A DNA stretch of 64,000 nt. It comes from Hypanus sabinus (lineage: Eukaryota). The notes beneath the pieces were generated by a model. That model was not told the DNA's origin. It did no database searches and saw only the letters and a program-made list of their open reading frames with translations. The stretch lies in the NCBI RefSeq assembly GCF_030144855.1, contig NC_082731.1, positions 21,018,001 through 21,082,000 of the forward strand, read 5' to 3'. The translations under genes were made by a program, and so were the position numbers. Below are positions 37,300 to 49,504 of this stretch, one piece after another (within the stretch, counting starts at the first letter, position 1; every line of letters begins with the position of its first letter).

Positions 37300-40200
37300 A
37301 AAATAAAAAAAAAAATCATTCGGGCGGCCCTGTAGTTTTGTGTCGTCGAAGATAAACATTGAGAATGAAATGTTCTTCTACCGGCGATTTACCGGCAAAC
37401 GAATGTCTTCCCAATGTTCGTTGACTGGCATTTCTACCGGCATCACTTCAGACATGTATATGCTGCTGTGCTTTCAAAGGAATCCTATAAGCACTAGCCT
37501 TACTGAATGTTGTGCAACATTTGAACGACATAAGCTGTGATCTGAGCTTCCTTCCCGGTTTGTGAATGCAACGGCTGCGTAGACCAGCCTGTCTAGGTGT
37601 CTTCTGTCTCTTTGAGAACGCCTTATCCTATGATTGTCCTCCTCACTTCCAGGCACTCTTTGGTAATCTTCTGTTCTATTTGCTGAGGCTTCGACTTATA
37701 GATTACTTGTGCTTTCCGGCGAATAAGACCGCTTGGCAACTTGGCTGAGCTCAGCGACATTTCCAGTTCCTTTATGGTGCAGTGGCAAACGCGCGAGATG
37801 CTGCTACCGCACAATTGCCTCCGCCCCCGCCAATTTCAACTGCCTCTTCGTGAGAAGACTCACTTCTTCAATTATTGGGAAGTTAACAAAAGGTTGCATA
37901 CACCATACTACAAACATCTTCCGAGTACTTGTCCCATTCAGGAGGGGTGGGTGGAGTATAATCGTTTCTGCTGCTGGTATTTCCGACTCCCCATGTTGCT
38001 GCAGAGCCCTCTTTCTACGTTTACAGTCCAGGACAGGTACTGTGTCAACGCGCAACTCTTGTCCCAGATATAGAATGTAGTGCTGAAAGAGAATGTGGGC
38101 AAGCCATCACCAACTTCTGCTTACACATGGAAAACTGGTACGTTTGGCATTTTACTCACCACTACATAGGTCATAGCCATCAAGCGGTCAGATAAATAAT
38201 GCTTTCCATGTAACCCCGAATTTTTATAAGGTGTCAGTCTCCAGGATTGAGTTGGGAGAGCCTTGCCTCATAGTCATCGTTCCTCCGAACTCTTTGATTC
38301 TGCTTGGTTCCCGCGATTTCAGCTAATCCCTGAACATTTTACTGTCTCATTTTCAGAGCAGTCACATACTTTTGCTGTTTTCGGCTGCAGATATTCCAGG
38401 GCTGACCCAAAACAGAGGTACAGAGGTCAACGGCAAATTAAAAAAAATCTCGTATTTTGCCCAAATAACTGACAATATGCCAGCACACTGTAGCTTCATT
38501 CTTTGCACAGTTGTAGATGCGGACTAGATATCAAATGTCTTGTTTCCACTTACAAGATTCAATGATCTTCAAGGTTTAAAACATGTCTAACGAGGTCCGA
38601 TTTCAGGAGAAATCTTCGACTTCTTCGACTTCTCTTCTGCAAACATGCTCAGTAAGTCATGTATGAGCCTACTCTGAAAATTCCTTCCTTGACGTTATGT
38701 ACCCACCTGGAGAAGCAGTAATAAATGAAATACATCTCCTATAACCATTTGACCACAGTGGACGCCCACATATCCTCGACAGGGAATGCTTGCGAATACA
38801 TCGCGTAGTGATCCATAATAACCAAGTGATTTCCAAAGTTTCTGACATATGGATACATCGATGGAAAATCAAAATACACCAGGATAAGTGGCTCCGCACT
38901 CTTTTAGTAGAACAAAGGAATGACCCTCGCAAGCAATGTCTTCCACCGTATACATCTAATTCAGGAATCGCATTCAATTATTAGAGCAATCCATTGGTCT
39001 TGTCAACCCCCAAATAGCCAGAACGATCATAATGCGATTTCAACACAATCCTCCAATACATCTCATGCAGAAGAAGCTCGGATCGCTGATATCGGTCTGC
39101 GGGCGACGTGACCGAATATATGATCTAGTTCCTCAACCTCATTCTGGGACATTCTTTCAGTAATGGAAACACCACAAAGGATTTCGTCCTGTCCCCTTGG
39201 GCCATGTTCTTTTTCTCAACCACTGACCAAACGGTGCCGATGCCCGTATCCTCTGGGTGAGCAGATGCCACTTCCCCAGGACTCAATTCTGGCAACTGGT
39301 CTCTCTTCAGAGCACTCAGAGTGTAGTAGGTTTGTGCCATTGCACCTTCAGAAGAACTTAAGCGATCTATTGCTCGATCAGCCCTTGTCTTTCCACCGCC
39401 TTCACCATGGTGAAAAACTATCCCATGGCTTTCAGTCCAGGGACAGGAACAGTCTTCCACTCTCCGTCCCTATCCAGCCCTTCATACGTACGTCGGGCAT
39501 CATATCAGCATCAATGTTCCAACTTCTCGGCTAGCCGGGATTTCAGACTGAAGTCATGGACATCCAATTTCCCGTAAGTGGAAGCATCAGTTAAGTGCTA
39601 GTTGTCCGTCCTCACCACACACTTGGCACCATGGAGGTAGTCACTTAATTTATGCATCGCAGTCCATCTCAATTCCAGGAAATCCAGCCTGTGTGTTGGA
39701 TAGGTTATTTTTTTTTCTCAGATGTTGACATACTCAAACTGACAATTGCGACAGGTCTCAACCCTGTGGCCTGATGCGGATATGGAACATACCTTAAGCC
39801 CTCTCTGCTGCATCCTATGCAGCACATAAGTCAATCGTGATTCTTCAAAAGTCATTACAGTCGTTTTGGTCAGCAGCTCCTTCAGCGACTGAAATGCCTC
39901 TTCACATTTCGCAAACCATCACTCTCCAAAATACTCCGAAGGACCAAGATAATATTTACCTTTCTGTTATTGTTTCATTCTTCCTTTGGGCTCCGATGGA
40001 TGATAATGCACAGAAGCTGAATGACAGGGACTTTAAATAAGTCCTTCATGTACCTCTGAAAGTACCCGCAGAACTCAAGGAAAGAACGCAGTGCCCTAAA
40101 GGTTGGGGATTTGTCTAGCGTAACACTGCCACTGTTTTAGATGGAGATACAACTACTCCATCCAGAAAGACTATGTGCTCAACCGAGGTGACAGACTTAT

Positions 40201-40650
40201 CATCTTAACTTTGAGAACACCAGTTCAAGTGAACAGTACATCAGAATGAAATTGCTTTAATCAAATTTCAGTCGCTATGTGGAAAATGTTATTTTTTTCA
40301 TGCTGCCCAATGCAATACGACGTTCTTTGCTCTGATACAATACCGGTGGATAAGAACAAGGCAGCGAAATATGCACAATGTCAATGGAGTGTTTCGAGGT
40401 CAGAATAAACTACATCCCTGACTATAGACGTGAATTTAAGATGAGAGGATGATAATACCATATTTAAAAATGTCATATTGTAAGTTTCTGAGTTATTACT
40501 CTTTGTTTGTCGTGCATGTTTGTCAGTTTTACTCACTGAGTAGTCAAACAAAAAATATCGAAAAAAAGTTGGTTTACTGCTGGCAGACAGGGCATATGTG
40601 TTGAAAGACATAAGTGATGGCATTCTCATTCAACGACTGGCTGATTTGTA
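37300..40650 (-). mobile_element. Ancient Gypsy remnant, copy in cassette C
   Basis: Reverse-complement similarity to 5850-8215 and 60050-62100. RT fragment LRALRSFLEFCGYFQR at ~40050-40110. Boundaries approximate. Confidence 0.7.
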
Positions 40651-42846
40651 AATACCTCCCAGGATTGAAAAATGGGCATCAAATTTCTGCCTGCTTTACG
40701 GGCTTGCTGGGAATGTAGCAGTTCCATAAGGCCAAGGAATTATTCATTGAGAGGAGTATTTGTCAGTACACACGGAATGTGACTGAAATGCCTACTATTT
40801 TGTAAAGAGACTTGGGAACAGAAAACATCTGTAATCAACAGAAACTATTTTCTGCTTACTTTATAAAAAATACAAAGCTTCCTTTCCTGTTGTCCTCAAT
40901 CTATCTAAATTCATGTCTATCTATTTATTTGTTTCGATGTTCACAACATCAGCTACAACATAAGTGAATGGACCCAAACAAGTTCCTTAAAGGCCCATAT
41001 TGTCTCCAAAGGTTGATGCGGAAACGGAGTGGTTCAAGCAATTGTTTACTTTGTTGAATTAAGTATCGAGCTATTTTAATTGAACAATGAGTTTGTTAAT
41101 TGGACGTTTAGAAATTTCTTAATAATTGTCAAGCATAACAGAAGAATCTGCGCCGCATATTCACAAACAATTGGAGTACATTCTATTTTTTATATTCGTA
41201 TGATTTTACGTGCAGACTTCCACTAGAATGTGTATCACAACCAGAATATTAAACAGAAACAGAGTACACACTTGTCTAACTCCAATATGGTCACGATTAA
41301 TGCCTTATTCATTTATTGTCTAACTATTTGCTCTGAAGCTGAAGTGTTAGGTCTGTTGTTTATACCATAAATCTGGAGAAGAAAGAAGTCCAGACATCTC
41401 GGACCACACCACGAAAATTGTTGCAATAACCGATCTACGTGTTACCATAGCGGAATTTCCAACTCTAGCATCAAAAGGCAACAATTTGGCCCAACACGTG
41501 AATTAACGTGCGCAATGAAGGATATACTTTCAAAATTCAATGACGACCAAGCTCCTAGCCCATTGCCGCATGGAGAAATCTTACAGTGGGAGAAATATTT
41601 CAAATACATCTGAAGATACTGGCCTGGAAATCTGTACTAACTTCCAGAAAGGACAGTGAGGAATTGTTGACGAGAGGCCGCAACAGTTTTGGGAAACATT
41701 TCGGTTGCCTGCAGTTTGATTGAAAGACGGAAAGTTCAAATAGCTACATAGTAGCGTACTGATAAGCACAACGTTCTTCTGTAGGACACGTATTCAATTC
41801 CCACTAGTGCTTGTAAAGAGATTTCACTTTCTTCCCGGAACATGTGGGATATATGTCGAATGATCAGATGCCTACAGTGTGGTAGTATTTGGTAACCACA
41901 TTGGGCATCGTGAATTGCAGTCGAATTTGTCTAGGATTTAATTAGTGTATCAATGGGCTGCGAACAACGAAGTGCATAAAGGCAAATTCCTTACTGTATC
42001 TAAAGTACATAAGTAATCAAAGAAACAAACAAATAAACAGAGAAGTTGGTAAATAAGAACCGGCTTGCCCAACAAATTATATGCTCGATGCGAAGCCGGG
42101 ATAAACTCCGATTAAATAAAATATCCAACGGTTATAGATGGTAGATAAATTATATTGAATTCCCATGTTCTTTTTTTATTTTTGCAGAAGCGATGAGACC
42201 GTTTAAAGTCAATGCCGAGAGATTCGTTAAAACTGCATTTATTGCAGAATGCCCCTCGTGAAACCAAAATTCACTCTAAAAACATATCCATTTTCATGCC
42301 CATTATTTGGCCTCATCTGATTTGATATCTGCACAGTGTTCACAGGAAGGTAATTGTGTTCAGAAGCAGAAGGGGATTGCACCTTATTTGTGCAGGGCAT
42401 GCATTACAGTTGCCACACACCAAGTCTTGCATTAAGAATCACTTAACTGCATGAAATGGCTGAGCATCCGACAGGCGTTCGATTTCAATTTTCCGATTTA
42501 ATCTAAAACTCTGTACATTTATGTTCGTAATGAATGTTTCTCACCCTTTTTATGATATGAACAGAGGGATGCAATGAGAACATTGCTTACTAAACCGTCA
42601 TTTTGAAAAGTTCAGTAATGAACCACAAAACACCAGATACACAATATTATTCGGAAAGGCAGTGATAGCCCGGAGGAAACAAGTGATTTAGTAGCGAATC
42701 TCGCCTGATCGAAGTGAGACAAACTGTCAATTTAAGAATCGCCTTGGACTGTTTCTGACTGAATCATCCTCACTGAGTCACGTTGAGTTATTTTTGCTTT
42801 GTCATGATGAGATGACGTAGCTTCTGAATATTTTTGAACGTATTTA

Positions 42847-42997
42847 NNNNNNNNNNNNNNNNNNNNNNNNNNNNNNNNNNNNNNNNNNNNNNNNNNNNNN
42901 NNNNNNNNNNNNNNNNNNNNNNNNNNNNNNNNNNNNNNNNNNNNNNNNNNNNNNNNNNNNNNNNNNNNNNNNNNNNNNNNNNNNNNNNNNNNNNNNN
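42847..42997. other. Assembly gap (151 N) within an AT-rich (TTTA/TCTA)n-like tract
   Basis: N run. The paralogous positions at ~3050-3360 and ~34660-34900 are also low-complexity AT tracts. Confidence 0.98.
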
Positions 42998-45900
42998 AAT
43001 TCGTTCATTTATGCATTTATTTATTTATTTGTTTGTTTGTCTGTCTGTTCATCGATCGATCTATCTATCTATCTATTGATTGGTTGATTGATTTATTTAT
43101 GTGCCTACTTGGTATTTGTTCTTATCTTATTATCCACAGAACTATCTATCTAGCGGTTCGTCAAAGCTATCACTTGTTTATTTATATTTTCAAAAAAAAA
43201 TATTTGTATTTACTCGCCACTTGTTTATGTGTTTAGTCTTTTATCTCTAGGTTACTTTTCCAATGTCAATTATCTATTTATTATCAGATAATTATTTTCT
43301 CTGCATTATTTATGCAAATGACAAGTTAGACTTTGAGTACAAAACCATAAAATGCTGGCCGCAATTTATAATTCATACACACGCCCTTTTGGACCTCTGG
43401 GAAAACAACCCAAAGTCGACAAGATAGTTAAATGCAGCTTGATGACCTTAACAATTTTCTGATAATTGACTTGAAAGTGTCTTCCAGCTGATCGATAGAT
43501 ATTTCAATATTTAAAAGCGAGAAAAAAACACAGTAGAGCGGGAAATATAAGTTTGGAGCATTTAGATGAAAAATACGTAATTGAATCTGAAGCGAGGAAT
43601 ATTATTCATTTACCGATTGAGTTGAGTTCACTATGAATTGCCATATTTCACAGGGGTCGCTGATATTTACTGATACAAAGACATTTTTCCCGTGTGTTCC
43701 TTTTTATAGCTGATAATAGATGAAGGAAGACACATTTCTCCAAAAGTATCGACATGTTAAATTAGTTTTCCTCTTTTTGTGAGTTCCTGAGGTAGAATGT
43801 TTCGTCCAAACAGAAAATGAAACATTCACGAGGCCCACAGTTGTATACTCTATAAATCCTTTTCTTTCTCTTTTTCCGCATCTACCCGAATACACTTTCT
43901 ACCTGAGTGGAAATATCAAACCCGTGAGTAAAATTGCTCCAACATCGTCTATAGGCGACATCATAGGAACGATAACAATAAATATCACTGTGAAAACATT
44001 CCTATAAGGCCTGATAATATAATATTAAGTACAGTATGTTAGTTAATCTTCTGTTCGTGCTGCACGGCTCTTTAACAACTAGTTTAACAGCTGGATCTAC
44101 GTTGCACTCAGGTCACTAATTCTGCAGTTTACACTTTTTTCTTGATAGTTTCTAACAGATAGATATGTATATGATAAATAGCATGAACGCATCTTCGCAC
44201 TGTACAGGTGCTGTTTGATCTTGTGTAGGTTTGTTTCACGTTCTCTTTCATTTGTGAAAGTGAGGACACGGTATGTCGCCTTTTGTCATAGCTATACATG
44301 AAAGGTGTACAGAGCCACTGTCTTTGAACGTGTGGCATTAATCGTGACCATGCAGTGTCCCACGACGCTGTCCTATTTAATGATGTACAAACGCAGTCCG
44401 TATTACAACAACAACACTGATACTGGGTCCGGCGTCTGCTTTCACTGTGGTCGTCTGACAAACTCCATAACATTTACTGAGCACTTTATAGCGTTCACGA
44501 AGTTCATATAGACAGCTGCAGAAGTGATGAAAGGGTGTAGGCTTAACACAGCTTCCTGCAACACCAGGTGCTGATATATTCGACTGAGTTATTGGATAAA
44601 CTATTTTTATTCCTATAATAGAAAGTGCCACATACAGTATTACCCTCCCTCGCAATAAGTAACCTGAAAACAAAGTAATCTGCAACATCAGGGAACAATG
44701 AATATTAATTTATTATAAACTAGCACTAATTACTCTCAGATGTGTCATATCATTGTTATCTTATATTAATATTACCTCAGTACCTTATATTCCATATTAC
44801 CTTATATATTTAAACGCCGTTCAGCAATTCCAAAATCTGCTGGCACGTTACAAAAACATTCTGACCCCATTCCTTTCTAAGTCTGTATCTTTTCAACATC
44901 ATTGCACAGTATGAGATCGGCGTTCAATCAAAAAAAAGATTCCAAATTGAGATGTTATAGTCTTTGAATAAGAATATGATGATATGTAAGACATTGTAAC
45001 ATAAGTCGATTTGTCTGCACTTTCTACACATCAGAGTTTCAACACATCATCTGCTGAGAAGTTTTCTTATGGTCATGCAATCCAGGATTGGGTTCAGCAC
45101 GATTGACTTTCATTTTTTCCACGATGCCTCTATGAATGGGGATATTGTTTACGTCTGACACCACCTTTTATGATAATTAAAAATCACTTTTATTCTTGCT
45201 GATGATGAACGACACCCCCAACATCCTAAATTCAGTCCCTTGTATGCCGCTGCTTCAAAAATCATTGAACTTGCTTTTGATCTCTATGAATTGTGAGTTA
45301 TTAATCAAGCCCTGCTGAATGCGTATACTGGGATGGTAGAACAACATATCCTGCTGAACAACCACAAGAAACAAGATGTCGTTCTAGTTTTATGTGTTTG
45401 TTTTTGAGTCTCCTCCTACGGCAAAGTGGCTGCGTGGCGAATTCATATATATTAAGCGGGAAATTATCTGATTAATCTCATAATTCTTGAAAACAATATA
45501 TTGTTTAATATTCTGACATATATATCTATGCATATCAAGGAATCCTTTATTTCTATTAGTTTGATATTGAACAATTTGGGCATGGACAGTTTTCCGTCCA
45601 GGTTCACGAGAGAAAAACATATCACTACATCAAATGTGAGAGTATAGTTTGACAGGGGTTAGAGAGATAAACTGTTCATTTTTAATTGATATGACAATTA
45701 TAAAAAACCTAAACCTTGGGAGCACCCTGCTGGTATGGAAGCTTCTGGTGGGCGATTTATTTAATCTTATCTGCTATCTGGTGGAAATAATCTTCTTTGT
45801 TCTTGGGGATTTTACATGAAACTCAGGGCCTCCCGCACCTCTCAAGAACCTATACACAAGCAACCACACCTTCCATCCGCATAATGATTTGGGAAGTTAA

Positions 45901-46222
45901 CAGCGAAAACATACAGAACAACACGTCAAACTGTCGTAGACCATGTTGCATGCTCATTTATCCTTTTCAGATCTATTCGGGAGTCTCCACAATCTGACAG
46001 AAAACCCCATCAGAGCAGAGTAACGACAGTCAGTGCATCTTTTGCTGCAGCGCTGCTTCGATACCCATCCATTTATTCCGCCGCTACCTCTGCCCCGATG
46101 AAACAAGCGGAATTTGTTGACAGTCTGCTCCCCGAGAATTGCAAGCTGCCCCGCAATCCTTCCTCTTTAGGTGGCGCTCCTCTGTTACTGTCAGTTCACA
46201 AAAGATTTGACACCTTTGTTTT

Positions 46223-46412
46223 GCACGTCTGCGATTGCCTCGACAATATTTCATTTCCTGCACTGCATTTGAACGCCTTCTTCTGTTGTCAATGGATACT
46301 TAACTCGATACGTTGCCTGTTGTGATTGGTCGGTTTGGCCAAGGTATTATATTTCTGTTCTGACAATGCCTCCACTCTGCGGCACGGGAGGACAGACTCA
46401 GACCGAGAGATT
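46223..46412 (+). promoter_or_regulatory. Putative V-gene promoter (plus copy)
   Basis: A 34-bp block at 46313-46346 (ttgcctgttgtgattggtcggtttggccaaggta, containing an inverted CCAAT) is identical to 29176-29143. A second near-identical block at 46223-46291 contains an ETS-like tttcctg. AT-rich tattatat lies ~65 nt before the ATG. Confidence 0.6.
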
Positions 46413-46887
46413 ATGAAGAAATTTTTCATCCCGGTTCTCATTATTCTGTTTCTTCCAGGTATGAGTTTATTTCACTATAATATTCCAGAACACGTGAATT
46501 TTCTTTAAGTACGTTCTTTTCTCTAAGTAATTAACCATGCTGCCTGAAGTAAAACTGAAGATCTATTATTTATTTTACTATTAGACTGGAGCCTTCAGGA
46601 TTCTGTGGAACAGTCAGTGGCTGCAATGACGTTCGAAGAAGGCGGTAATATTACACTGAACTGTACGGTGCAAACAAACAGTGCACTCCCGGTTGTTTTC
46701 TGGTACAGGCAGCGCCCCAGACAGCGACCACAGTATTGGTTTAGGATTAACGCAGGAAATGTATACCGAAGTGAAGATGCCGCCGACCGATTCAATGCTT
46801 CCTACAATAAAAGTGAAAAATATACCGAACTTTCTATTAAAAACGCCATAATCTCTGACTCAGCCACGTATCTCTGTGCGATGAGCC
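46413..46887 (+). CDS. T-cell receptor alpha/delta-type variable gene segment (TRAV/TRDV-like), apparently intact: leader exon 46413-46458, intron 46459-46584, V exon 46585-46887
   Basis: Leader MKKFFIPVLIILFLP followed by a G|GTATG donor; ttAG acceptor. The spliced frame reads DWSLQDSVEQSVAAMTFEEGGNITLNCTVQTNSALPVVFWYRQRPRQRPQYWFRINAGNVYRSEDAADRFNASYNKSEKYTELSIKNAIISDSATYLCAMS. Exon and intron lengths equal those of the minus copy. Confidence 0.93.
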
Positions 46888-46926
46888 CACGGTGCTGAAA
46901 AAACTCATAAGTCTCGAACAAAAACA
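46888..46926 (+). promoter_or_regulatory. 23-bp-type recombination signal sequence of the plus-strand V
   Basis: Heptamer CACGGTG at 46888-46894, ~23-nt spacer, nonamer ACAAAAACA (one mismatch to consensus). Confidence 0.92.
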
Positions 46927-48429
46927 CGCTTTCATAGTCCTCTAGAGCTCGATAGAGGGCGAACAAATCAAGTTGTATATAAATGCTAACTGAAGTCTGG
47001 AGGTTGGTCCAATGTTTTCAGATGATGCCGGAGTGAGTTTCTCTCACAAGCGACATATCCAGTTGGCATTTGCAACGAACGTTTTTGCTTTTCTGTGGAT
47101 ATAACTGTGACGAAAAACAACTTCATGTTAAGTGATTCCTGCGTGTCACTAAATTTCTCGGAATATTGACATTTAACATCTGAAGCTGCGCAATCATCAG
47201 TGAAACATTTTAAGTTTTCGTTTCACATAGAAGGGGATACAATTTAGCGGAGGAATCCCATATGTCCCAATCAATAAGATACTGCAAAATGCTGAAGAAG
47301 CCAGCGTTTGTTGAAATCACTCAGAAATAATCATGTGGCTTTTAATTAAAGACAAAGATTTAAACGCACTTTGGTGGCTTGTTGTGCTGGATGTTGTTGA
47401 AAGGCTTACATTTTAAACATCAGCGTCAGATTGTTTCTGACTTAAATAAACGCTGTGCAATTGGATTTGTCCAGTTGCTTGTTTGTTTTTTAAACTCAAA
47501 TCTAGCGTGCAATCCATGTCACGGGTTTACCGACAGTTTGAAGTTACTTCTGATAAAAAATGGTAAAGATCGCAATATGTGCAGAATAACCGCATCTACA
47601 TGTCAAAACATTGCACTATTGGCAATATGAATTGCGCTTGTTCTCAGATATTAGGTCACTTAATTCTGAGCTGCCTTGACACCATTCGTCTTGATGCAGT
47701 GGAGGATTGTACTTGTATTTGCAATACTAAGACTAATTGCCTAGCAACAACGTAATATTCACGTTTTAGATTGTGGTATGGCAATAGGTATTTGAATGAA
47801 ACTACAAAGTTTTTCCAATGAAATCGCCTTATTGGATATACACGATTATTGTTATTAATATCTCAGCTGAGAGTACATTTTCCCATTTCATGGTTCGTCA
47901 CCTCATATGTCCTAAAATCGTCCATTTTGTATTCTGCCACTTATTCGATAAAATTCCAGATGATCAGAAAACACTGTACTGGAATATTCAATGCATTCGA
48001 CAATATATCTTCATCTAGCGGATTGTCTAATTCCTGTACACTCAATTTGGCAGAATTTCCTGATTTCGTGCACAAATAACAAGTACCTCTTACCCTGAAA
48101 CAAGTACTTTGTGGTGGAAAGCTGTATTTTGGGGAAACTGGGAAAATAACTACCACGAAATATAAGGGTTATCATTTCAATCCTAAATATAAAGATTAAA
48201 GGTGTAGCCTTTCTTCATTGCCCGAAATAAATACGCGTCAATATTTATGCAGATTGTTATTTTCTCTCTTAAACTTCTAGCACTTCAGTTCACTTGTCAT
48301 CCCATATCTCTAGTGTTTGACTCAGCTAATTAGCAGATATTGGTCACAGGTCCAATTTGATTCAAAGATTCAGCTCTATCGTCTTTCGGAGGACACTCCC
48401 AGTTAACAAACTGAGATAGCAAACAGGCA

Positions 48430-49330
48430 GCAGAGGTGAAACTTGACTTTTTTAAAGCAGGTGTATTATCAAATTACGCACATGTCCCACATTTGTCCCT
48501 GATGTTCTGACGTGCACTTTGCTCTTTTGCGTAGGCAGCACATTGCAATGCAAAGCAGTTAGAAACCATTACAATAACAATTATAGATGCAAGTTAAATT
48601 AGCAGTGAAAGAGTTGAGGGTTGAGAAACTAAGGCAGTGTTTGAGCAGATTGTCAATTCGGATATCTGATGGTAGAGGGGCAGCACAGGTTCCTGAAAAT
48701 CTTGAGTGTGAGGGCATGCCCCAAGTTGATGGCGGTTGGGGACGAGTCCCCAGTGATGACAACACCTAAACTTTCGTAACTGCTCATCCTTTCCACTTTT
48801 CAGTCGGTAGGTATTGGTATGTATTCCCTCAGCTTCCATTTCAGAAGTCCAAAAATTAATTTTTTGCTCTTACTGAGAAGGTTCTCCGTGCGTGAACACT
48901 GAAGCAGCTGATTCCTGTAGCAGCCGTATACGTCTTCGTCAATATCTGATATTATGCTTACAATATTTATATCGTCGTCACATTTGTAGATGCGGTTAGA
49001 GCTACACCTAGCAACAGAATCGTGGTTGTAGTAAGGGTAGAAATTTGTTACGTTTGAAGTGCGGCACTCTTGTTAGTCGGCTATTTTCACACCGTGCACC
49101 CGGTGGCCTCCCGTTGAGAAATCCATTGGTCCAGATGCAGGGAGAGGTATAAAGACCCAGCTTTTGAGCTTGTTGATTAAAACTGAGTTGTGCTGATGTC
49201 TGGCCAGAAATTCATCCCAAAACTAATGTTGTGAATATAAATAGAAATTAAGGTAAGAAATCTCCAAGTAAACGAAGAGCAGTTGACATAACTGACTGTT
49301 ATTTTTCGCCAGGAGTTTATGAAATGTTTG
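48430..49330 (-). mobile_element. Rex1/Babar-type LINE remnant (cassette C)
   Basis: Reverse complement matches 58040-59091 and 26270-26625, and shares the same non-repeat flank as the B copy. Confidence 0.62.
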
Positions 49331-49504
49331 CATTACGACGGTGAAGTGAAAATCTTGAACCGATTAAGCAATATTTCCTAACGTGCCAATTTGACAATGT
49401 TTCAGTTAAAGAATACATCATTTGAATTTCATATGCTTGAACTCTCAATCGTAAATCTATCAAAAGAACTGAACATTTTGAATGAAATCACAGCGCTTAT
49501 AAAC

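Larger units (their letters stand above)
36150..49330 (-). repeat. Segmental duplication copy C, inverted (contains the plus-strand V); longest copy
   Basis: Reverse-complement similarity to A, B and D at the anchors above. 36180-36480 (rc) matches 63640-64000. Confidence 0.88.

Noticed and set aside
42847-42997. The gap as a possible site of mis-orientation explaining the inverted V
   Set aside because: Cassette C is colinear with A and B on both sides of the gap, and the orientation switch is at ~36 kb in contiguous sequence.
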